DNA from: Nannocystis sp.
GTDB lineage: Bacteria > Myxococcota_A > Polyangia > Nannocystales > Nannocystaceae
DNA: 64,000 nt
Assembly: GCF_016714285.1 (NCBI RefSeq)
Contig: NZ_JADJNN010000008.1
Coordinates: 132,669-196,668, forward strand
Direction of reading: 5' to 3'
Shown here: positions 57,206 through 64,000 of the stretch, piece by piece
Layout: each line of letters begins with the position of its first letter
How positions within the stretch are numbered: position 1 is the first letter of the stretch
Notes under the pieces: model-generated
Seen by the model: only the letters and a program-made list of their open reading frames with translations
Database searches by the model: none
Told to the model about the DNA's origin: nothing
Translations under genes and position numbers: made by a program

Positions 57206-59308
57206 TCAGGTCGCCGCGGTGATCCACAGCACCACCAGCGAACGCGGCGCCATCTCGTAGTGCGTCTGTCCAGCGTTCAGCGGCAGCGCGACGGTCTCGG
57301 CCACCCGCGTGTCGATCAGCCGCGCCCACGCCGACGCGACCGGCGGCAGGGCGAAGTGCAACGGTTTGGCCGATCCGTTGATCAACACGAGGAAGCTCTC
57401 GCCGTGCAGCGTCGCGCCCGGACCGATCGCGTCGCCGATCGCGTCGCCGCCGAGCAGCATCCCGAGCGCCTTGCCCGTCGACCAGTCCTCCGGGCGCAGC
57501 TCCCCGCCCTCGGGTCGCAACCAGCACAGGTCGCGCAGGCGACTGCCCGGCAGGCCCGCGCCGGTGAAGAAGTGGCCGCGGCGCAGCACCGCCGCCTGGC
57601 GCAGGCGCAGCGCGTGGCGGAAGAACGCCAGGGTCTCCGCGTCGGCCGCGGCCCAGTCGATCCACGACACCCGGTTGTCCTGACAGTAGGCGTTGTTGTT
57701 GCCGCCCTGGCTGCGACCCAGCTCGTCGCCCGCGCACAGCATCGGCACGCCGAGCGACACCGCCAGGGTCGCCGCGAAGTTGCGGACCATCCGCGCCCGC
57801 GTGGCGGCGATGTCCGGATCGTCGCTCGGACCCTCGACGCCCCAGTGGGCCGCCAGCTCGTCGTCGCGGCCGTCGCGGTTGCCCTCGCCGTTGGCCTCGT
57901 TGCGCTTGCGCGTGTACGAGACCAGGTCGCGCAGGGTGAAGCCGTCGTGACAGGTCACGTAGTTGATGCTCGTGTGCGGCCCGCGTCCGGGTCGCTGGAA
58001 CAGGTCGGACGATCCGCTGAGGCGGTACGCCAGCTCGCCGAGCTGGCCCGGATCGCCGCGCCAGAACCGGCGCACGCCGTCGCGGTAGCGGTCGTTCCAC
58101 TCGCGCCACGGCGGCGGGAAGCCGCCGAGCTGGTAGCCCCCGGGGCCTGTGTCCCACGGCTCGGCGATCAGCTTCACCCCGCGCAGGACCGGGTCCTGAT
58201 GCAGCGCCGCCAGGAAGGCGCTGGCCCGCTCGACCTCCGCGCCGCGCCGCGACAGCGCCGGCGCCAGGTCGAAGCGAAACCCGTCGACGTGCATCTCGGT
58301 CACCCAGTAGCGCAGGCTGTCGAGCACCAGCTGCAGCGTCTGCGGGTGGCGCAGGTTCAGGGTGTTGCCGCAGCCGGTGAAGTCGATCGTCCGCCGCGGG
58401 TCGTCGGGGTCGAGCAGGTAGTAGCTGCGGTTGTCGAGCCCGCGCAGCGACAGCATCGGACCGTTCGCCCCGCCCTCGCAGCTGTGGTTGTAGACCACGT
58501 CGAGCAGCACCTCGATGCCCGCGGCGTGCAGCGCCTTCACCATCGCCTTGAACTCATGCACGGCTGCCCCGGGCCGGCGGTCGTGGGCGTAGCGGGCGCT
58601 CGGGGCGAAGAAGCCGAGCGTGCTGTAGCCCCAGTAGTTGACCCGCCCGCGCTGCTGCAGGTGCGGCTCGTCGAAGATCTCGTGCACCGGCAACAACTCC
58701 ACCGCCGTCACCCCGAGCGATCGCAGGTGCTCGATCACCGGCGTCGTCGCCAGCCCCATGTAGCTCCCGCGCAGCCGCGGTGGCACGCCGGGGTGCAGCT
58801 GCGTCATGCCCTTCACGTGCAGCTCGTAGATCAGCGTCTCGCTCCACGGCCGTCGCGGCGGCCGGTCGTCGCCCCAGTCGAAGTCGTCGGCCAGCGCGAC
58901 GCACTTCGGGGCCATCGCCGCGTTGCAGCGCTCCAGCAGCGTCGGCTCGGGGCCACCCGCCAGCACCGGCGGCGCCTCGCTCGGCCAGGCGATCGCCCGC
59001 GCGTAGGGATCGACCAGCAGCCGCTGCGGGTCGTGCAGCAGCCCCGCCTCCGGCGCGAAGGTCCCGTGCGCCTTGAGCCCGTACAGCTGGCCGGCCACCA
59101 GCCCCGGCAGAAACCCGTGGTGCACGTGCCCGCTGCGCCCCGGCAGGGCGATCGTCGCCGAGGGTGCCGCGTCGACCCCGGTGAACAGGCACACGTCGAT
59201 CCGCGAGGCCGTCGACGAGTAGACGGCGACGTTGATCCCACCCGCCTCACAGTGCGCCCCCAGCGGCTGGTCTGCGCCCGGCAGCGCCCTCAACACAGGT
59301 CCTGACAT
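57206..59308 (-). CDS. glgX: Glycogen debranching enzyme
   Basis: MSGPVLRALPGADQPLGAH...VLLDVVYNHS...GFRFDLA are the GH13 GlgX/TreX signatures. Confidence 0.9.
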   Translation of the reverse strand: MSGPVLRALPGADQPLGAHCEAGGINVAVYSSTASRIDVCLFTGVDAAPSATIALPGRSGHVHHGFLPGLVAGQLYGLKAHGTFAPEAGLLHDPQRLLVDPYARAIAWPSEAPPVLAGGPEPTLLERCNAAMAPKCVALADDFDWGDDRPPRRPWSETLIYELHVKGMTQLHPGVPPRLRGSYMGLATTPVIEHLRSLGVTAVELLPVHEIFDEPHLQQRGRVNYWGYSTLGFFAPSARYAHDRRPGAAVHEFKAMVKALHAAGIEVLLDVVYNHSCEGGANGPMLSLRGLDNRSYYLLDPDDPRRTIDFTGCGNTLNLRHPQTLQLVLDSLRYWVTEMHVDGFRFDLAPALSRRGAEVERASAFLAALHQDPVLRGVKLIAEPWDTGPGGYQLGGFPPPWREWNDRYRDGVRRFWRGDPGQLGELAYRLSGSSDLFQRPGRGPHTSINYVTCHDGFTLRDLVSYTRKRNEANGEGNRDGRDDELAAHWGVEGPSDDPDIAATRARMVRNFAATLAVSLGVPMLCAGDELGRSQGGNNNAYCQDNRVSWIDWAAADAETLAFFRHALRLRQAAVLRRGHFFTGAGLPGSRLRDLCWLRPEGGELRPEDWSTGKALGMLLGGDAIGDAIGPGATLHGESFLVLINGSAKPLHFALPPVASAWARLIDTRVAETVALPLNAGQTHYEMAPRSLVVLWITAAT

Positions 59309-59418
59309 CGTGGCGAGCACTGTATCGTCGGCGCAGCGCCGCCGCGCGTGAGCGCCGCGACGCCGCCGACCCCCGCTTTTTGCTTGCGGGCCATGGCCCA
59401 GCTGATACCTCCGTCGCC

Positions 59419-61047
59419 ATGAACGCCTCGCCCTCACCCGCGCGCCGGATCGTCGGCGTCACCGTGCCGCTGTTCTCGCTGCGCAGCGCCAGCTCGTGGG
59501 GCATCGGCGAGATCGGCGACCTGCCGGCGCTCGCCCGCCTGCTCGCGCCCGCCGGCGTCGGCCTGATCCAGCTGCTCCCGATCAACGAGATCGCCGGCGG
59601 CAACACCTCGCCCTACGGCGCCCTCTCGGCCTTCGGCATCGACCCGATGTACATCAGCCTCACCGCCGTCGATGACCTGCGCGCGCTCGCCAACGTCGAG
59701 GCGCTCGGCCACGACGGCGCGCGCCGCCTCGACGCCCTGCGCGCCGCCCCCGGCGTCGACTACGAGGCCGTCCGCGAGCTCAAGCGCCACGCCCTGATCG
59801 CCGGCCTCAAGCGCTTTCATCACCACGAGCTGCGGGCCCACACCCCGACCCCGCGGGCCCGCAGCTTCCACGCCTTCGTCGCCGCCCACCGCGGCTGGCT
59901 CGACGCCTACGCCCTCTACCGCGCGATCAAGGACGACCAGCACGGCAAGCCGTGGTGGGAGTGGCCGGCCCCGCTGCGCGAGCGCGAGGCCGCGGCGCTG
60001 CGCCAGGAGGAGGCCCGCCTCGGCGACGCGGTCCTCTACTTCAAGTACGTCCAGTGGCTCGCGCACAGCCAGTGGGCCGACGCCCGCGCCGCGCTGCGCC
60101 ACCAGGGCGTCGAGATCATGGGCGACCTCCCCTTCATGGTCGACCGCGACTCCGCCGACGTCTGGGCCGAGCGCCGCGAGTTTCGCCTCGACATGTCGGT
60201 CGGCTGCCCCGCCGATCAGTTCGACGAGGACGGCCAGGACTGGGGCCTGCCGCCCTACTACTGGGGCGTCATGGCCGGCAACGACTTCGCCTGGCTGCGC
60301 CGCCGCGCCCGCTACAGCGGCGAGCTCTACGACCGCTTCCGCGTCGACCACCTGGTCGGCTTCTTCCGCACCGCGATGCGCCCCTACGACGCCCGCCGCG
60401 ACGCCAAGGGCAAGCTGGTCCCCGCCCGCTTCGACCCGCCCGACGAGCACAGCCAGCGCCTCCACGGCGAGCGCGTGGTCGGGGCCATGATCGCCGCGGC
60501 CGCGGAGACCGGCGCCCGCCTGGTCGCCGAGGACCTCGGCTCCGTCCCCGGGTACGTCGGCCCCGCGCTCGCCAAGCTCGGCGCCCCCGGCTACCGCGTG
60601 CTCATCTGGGAGAAGGACGGCGAGGTCTTCCGCGACCCCGCCAGCTACCCCGCCCGCAGCGTCGCCTGCTTCGGCACCCACGACACCGCCCCGGTCGCCG
60701 CGTGGTGGACCCACCTCTCGGAGCCCGAGCGCGCCGCGGCGCTCCAGCTACCTGTCCTTCGCGACATGTCCCCGGCGCCAGGCAAGCGCTTCACCGTCGA
60801 CCTGCACGCCGCGCTCTTGCGCCTGATCTGCGGCGCCGGCTCCGAGCTGGTGCTGCTGCTCCTGCAGGACCTGCTCGGCACCCGCGACCGCATCAACGTC
60901 CCCGGCACCGTCAAGCCGAGCAACTGGACCTACCGCCTGCCCAAGCCGATCGAGGCGATGGCCAGCGACCGCAGCGTCCGTGCTGCCCTGACCCGCCTCG
61001 GCGCCGCCATCGACGCCACCCACCGCGACCGCCCGCGCCCACACTAG
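59419..61047 (+). CDS. malQ: 4-alpha-glucanotransferase (amylomaltase)
   Basis: VTVPLFSLRSASSWGIGEIGDLP...LPINE matches the GH77 N-terminus. Confidence 0.9.
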   Translation: MNASPSPARRIVGVTVPLFSLRSASSWGIGEIGDLPALARLLAPAGVGLIQLLPINEIAGGNTSPYGALSAFGIDPMYISLTAVDDLRALANVEALGHDGARRLDALRAAPGVDYEAVRELKRHALIAGLKRFHHHELRAHTPTPRARSFHAFVAAHRGWLDAYALYRAIKDDQHGKPWWEWPAPLREREAAALRQEEARLGDAVLYFKYVQWLAHSQWADARAALRHQGVEIMGDLPFMVDRDSADVWAERREFRLDMSVGCPADQFDEDGQDWGLPPYYWGVMAGNDFAWLRRRARYSGELYDRFRVDHLVGFFRTAMRPYDARRDAKGKLVPARFDPPDEHSQRLHGERVVGAMIAAAAETGARLVAEDLGSVPGYVGPALAKLGAPGYRVLIWEKDGEVFRDPASYPARSVACFGTHDTAPVAAWWTHLSEPERAAALQLPVLRDMSPAPGKRFTVDLHAALLRLICGAGSELVLLLLQDLLGTRDRINVPGTVKPSNWTYRLPKPIEAMASDRSVRAALTRLGAAIDATHRDRPRPH

Positions 61048-61084
61048 GCGCGGGGGTCGACTGCGCCGCTCACACGAACGCGAA

Positions 61085-62008
61085 TCAGCCCGGCAGCACG
61101 CAGATGCCGACGTTCTCGTAGCCCGGGAACGCCATCATGTAGAAGGGCACGCACTCCTCCGCGCCGGTGCAGGTCATCTCGTCGAGCGCGCAGAAGGGGG
61201 CGCAACAGCCGTACTCCATCGTCACGCAGCCCTCCTGAGTGGCCGCCTCGGCACAGTTGAGGCCGGGCAAGCAGGCGTTGGCGAAGCTGCACGCATCGCC
61301 GTCCATGCCGCCGTTCTTCGGGTCGGGCGTGAAGCAGAACCCCGGCGGTCCCGACATGCTGTCGCCGTAGCACGCGCCCTGACCGGGGCAGTCCTGCAGC
61401 AAGGGATCGCAGAGCGACAGGCAGATCGGCAGGGTCCCCTCGTTCGCGTCGGCGAAGCACAGGCCGTCGCCATTCGACGTGTTGGGACAGTCCAGATCCT
61501 TCGAGCAGTACTCGACGCAGGCGCCGTTCTTCAGCTCGGCGTCGACGCTGAGGCAGATGAGCCCCTTCGCGCAGTTGTCGATGCCGCTGAACATGTCCAT
61601 TCCCTCGACGGCGCAGTCGTCACCGGCCTGGCCCGTTCCCATCACTGGCACGCACTTGTTGGCGTTCCACGCGTCGCCGGGGATCTTGCCGTAGGACGTA
61701 CACTTCGATCCTTCCGGGCAGTCCTGCTGGATCGCGTCGCACTCGACGTTAACTCCGCCCGTCGGATCGTCCGTGGTCGACGCGTCCGTGGTCGGCGTGT
61801 CCGTGGTCGGCGTGTCCGTGGTCGGTGTGTCGGTGGTGGTGCCCGCGTCGCCTGTGGTGCCCGGATCGCTGGTCGGGGTGCTGGTGGCGCCGTCTGTGGC
61901 GCCGCCGCTCGACCCCTCCGACGCCGTCATCCCCTTGTCGTCGCCGCACGCAGCCGCGACCAGACAGACCAACCCAAACGCGCGTAAATGCCCAATTTTA
62001 TTCATCAT
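61085..62008 (-). CDS. Cys-rich repeat secreted lipoprotein
   Basis: MMNKIGHLRAFGLVCLVAAACGDD has a lipobox, followed by a (TDTPT)n linker and about 40 Cys in repeated CxxGxxC modules. Confidence 0.65.
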   Translation of the reverse strand: MMNKIGHLRAFGLVCLVAAACGDDKGMTASEGSSGGATDGATSTPTSDPGTTGDAGTTTDTPTTDTPTTDTPTTDASTTDDPTGGVNVECDAIQQDCPEGSKCTSYGKIPGDAWNANKCVPVMGTGQAGDDCAVEGMDMFSGIDNCAKGLICLSVDAELKNGACVEYCSKDLDCPNTSNGDGLCFADANEGTLPICLSLCDPLLQDCPGQGACYGDSMSGPPGFCFTPDPKNGGMDGDACSFANACLPGLNCAEAATQEGCVTMEYGCCAPFCALDEMTCTGAEECVPFYMMAFPGYENVGICVLPG

Positions 62009-62094
62009 CCCAATCCCTTTCGCCGGCCCTCAGATCATCACGCCGGACCCCGCCGCGTCAACCCACCTGTCCTTCGTGCCAGCCGCGGCCCCCG

Positions 62095-62160
62095 TGTCCC
62101 CCATGACCCCCATGACCCCCATGACCCCCATGACCCATGACCCCATGACCGCATGACCAA
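62095..62160. repeat. Tandem 9-bp microsatellite (ATGACCCCC)x4 plus three degenerate copies, in a divergent promoter region
   Basis: The sequence reads cccccatgacccccatgacccccatgacccccatgacccatgaccccatgaccgcatgacc. It lies between the divergent lipoprotein genes. Confidence 0.85.
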
Positions 62161-62443
62161 AGTGACAGGCCCCGACGACTCGCCCGACCGCCCCGCAGCT
62201 CAGTCGTCCGATCCCTGAAGCCCACGACCGGCATCCCGTCCAGCCGCGATCTCCCGGCCCTTCCGAGGTCCACGGCCATCATTCCTCGCATCTTCGTTTC
62301 ACATGCAGATATTTACGTAGTTCATCGCACGATGCTGGGCCTCACTGCGCTCCGCCCATGCACCCGTCCCGCTGGAAGCCAGCGTGAAGCCCTCTTGAAG
62401 TGGGCGAGCGACTGACGTATGCGCGGTGCTGGAGTCTCCGCCC

Positions 62444-63739
62444 ATGTCGCTCGCGCACCGCCTCCCGCTCATCCTCACCGCACCGCTCCTCCTCCTCGCC
62501 TGCGCCGACGGCGGTGATTCGAGCCACTCCGGCGGCCAGGGCAGCAGCCCCACGGTCGCCACCTCGGTCACCACCGTCAGCGGCAGCGCCAGCGCCAGCG
62601 ACACCAGCGACAGCGCCCCCGAGCCGACCGGCGGCAGCGGCAGCGCCGAGGCCGGTGAGACCGGTCCAGCGACCACCGCTCCGATGACCGGCGAGGCCAC
62701 CAGCGACGACCCCGGCAGCACCAGCGCGGTCACCAGCGCCAGCAGCACCACAAGTCCGGTGACGACCGTCGACCCCGACACGGGCGGCAGCACGGGCGAC
62801 TGCGCCGAGATCGCCGAGAAGGCGATGAACAAGAAGCAGCCCGCCGACATCATCTTCGTGATCGACAACTCGGGCAGCATGCAGATCGAGGCCGCCAGCG
62901 TAAAGGCCAACATGAACGCCTTCTCGACCAAGATCATCAACAGCGGCATCGACGTGCACGTGGTCCTGATCTCGGCCATCAGCGGCAGCACCGGCATGTG
63001 CATCGATAAGCCGCTCGGCAGCGGCGGCTGCCCGGCCAAGGACACCAACCTGCCCAAGTTCCTCCACATCAACGACGAGGTCGGGAGCAACAACCCGCTG
63101 CAGAAGCTGCTCGACCACCACCCCGACTGGAAGGACCAGATGCGGGTCGACGCCAGCAAGCACATCGTCGTCGTCTCCGACGACGACAGCGACCTCGCGG
63201 CCAACGCCTTCGACACCGCCTTCAAGGCGCTGGACCCCAGCTACAAGGACTACAAGTTCCACGCGATCGTCGGCGCGAAGGACTCCGGCGACGTGCTGTG
63301 GTGCGTCAGTGACCCGGTCTGCTGCGCCTTCACGGCCGCGGCCGGCAAGGTCTACCTCGAGCTCATCAACAAGACCGACGGCGTATACGGCGACCTGTGC
63401 AAGCAGGACTTCACCCCCGTGTTCAACACGCTCTCGACCGAGGTGATCCAGAACGCGGGCCTGGCCTGCGAGTGGGCGATCCCCAAGCCGATGAACGAGG
63501 ACGTGATCGACTACGACAAGGTCAACGTCGACTTCAACGACGGCATGGGCAACGTGCTCCCGATCGGCAAGGTCGACAGCCCGGCCGCCTGCGCCGACGT
63601 GGTCGACGGCTGGTACTACGACGACCCGAACATGCCGACCAAGATCCTCGTGTGCCCGCAGACCTGCGCCAAGATCCAGCTCGCGCCGATGGCCAGCATG
63701 GCGATCAAGTTCGGCTGCGAGACGATCATCGCCCAGTGA
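62444..63739 (+). CDS. Secreted lipoprotein with a vWA domain, paralog of 30892..32208
   Basis: MSLAHRLPLILTAPLLLLACADGG has a lipobox. The MIDAS motif is IIFVIDNSGSM. The C-terminus WYYDDPNMPTKILVCPQTCAKIQ...FGCETIIAQ is homologous to the 30892 protein. Confidence 0.7.
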   Translation: MSLAHRLPLILTAPLLLLACADGGDSSHSGGQGSSPTVATSVTTVSGSASASDTSDSAPEPTGGSGSAEAGETGPATTAPMTGEATSDDPGSTSAVTSASSTTSPVTTVDPDTGGSTGDCAEIAEKAMNKKQPADIIFVIDNSGSMQIEAASVKANMNAFSTKIINSGIDVHVVLISAISGSTGMCIDKPLGSGGCPAKDTNLPKFLHINDEVGSNNPLQKLLDHHPDWKDQMRVDASKHIVVVSDDDSDLAANAFDTAFKALDPSYKDYKFHAIVGAKDSGDVLWCVSDPVCCAFTAAAGKVYLELINKTDGVYGDLCKQDFTPVFNTLSTEVIQNAGLACEWAIPKPMNEDVIDYDKVNVDFNDGMGNVLPIGKVDSPAACADVVDGWYYDDPNMPTKILVCPQTCAKIQLAPMASMAIKFGCETIIAQ

Positions 63740-63808
63740 CCGGGCGCCCGCGTGGGGCCGGACGAAGCGCGACCGCGGCGAGGGACTGCGCCTCGCACCG
63801 CGGCGAGG

Positions 63809-64000
63809 CGCCTCCCGCTCACAGGCCCACGAACTGCTGCATCGGCACGCCGACGCGCTGGGCCCACGCGTCCTCGTTGTGCATCGCCCCGGGCTCGTAG
63901 ACGTACCAGAGGTCGTCGCCCTCGCTGTAGCCGAGCCCGGTCAGGACGTCGCGCAGCTGGGCGTTCTCGCAGTAATTGTCGGCCGCGCCCGGGTCGTCGT
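63809..64000 (-). CDS. Partial C-terminal fragment of an esterase-like protein; it continues beyond the window end
   Basis: The minus frame reads ...DDPGAADNYCENAQLRDVLTGLGYSEGDDLWYVYEPGAMHNEDAWAQRVGVPMQQFVGL*. The assignment is weak. Confidence 0.35.

Noticed and set aside
61644-61660. A sigma-54 -24/-12-like TGGCAC...TTG sequence
   Set aside because: The GG/GC spacing is wrong. It also lies antisense, inside the coding region of the Cys-rich lipoprotein gene.

Overview
This window is a ~70% GC chromosomal segment with Myxococcota-like character; the taxon is inferred from GC content, lipoprotein types and gene content only. It carries about 50 protein-coding genes. I found no rRNA, tRNA, CRISPR, transposase or integrase genes. 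At high GC many long ORFs are antisense shadows, so I called genes from protein-like composition and recognisable motifs, not ORF length.

Main blocks:
- 1-8.8 kb, minus strand: a vitamin B12 uptake locus. A cobalamin riboswitch (about 9020-9160) precedes a BtuB-like TonB-dependent receptor, two tandem paralogous lipoproteins, a BtuF-like binding lipoprotein and a BtuC-like permease. No ATPase gene is present in the locus.
- 9.4-23 kb: housekeeping genes. These are a metzincin lipoprotein, a TerB-like protein, rpoZ, accC, pyrG and the rpoN-hpf-hprK-rapZ-EIIA(Man)-ptsH-ptsI regulatory PTS cluster.
- 23-30 kb: an alpha/beta hydrolase followed by two tandem ~1000-aa paralogs. Each combines a HExxH zincin-like domain, TolB/PD40 propeller repeats and a C-terminal beta-barrel ending in Phe.
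- 30-64 kb: mixed genes. These include vWA and Cys-rich lipoproteins, an MMPL transporter, a ClC channel, polA, a UbiB-type kinase with a divergent TetR, a CCA-type nucleotidyltransferase, a DUF507/ETF-like/ATP-grasp operon, NUDIX, glk, hemH, a PPTase and glgB-glgX-malQ.

The most unusual signal is a DNA-level motif family with core GGGACAGGTG/CACCTGTCCC. It often forms CTGTCC-N2-4-GGACAG or GGGACATGTCCC palindromes and occurs at 20 or more sites. It is essentially absent from the 9-22.9 kb housekeeping block. At three or more genes it appears as in-frame 21-bp tandem arrays, each read in a different frame. It also forms intergenic arrays and sits directly upstream of start codons.

Start coordinates may be off by a few bases, and several starts are GTG or TTG.
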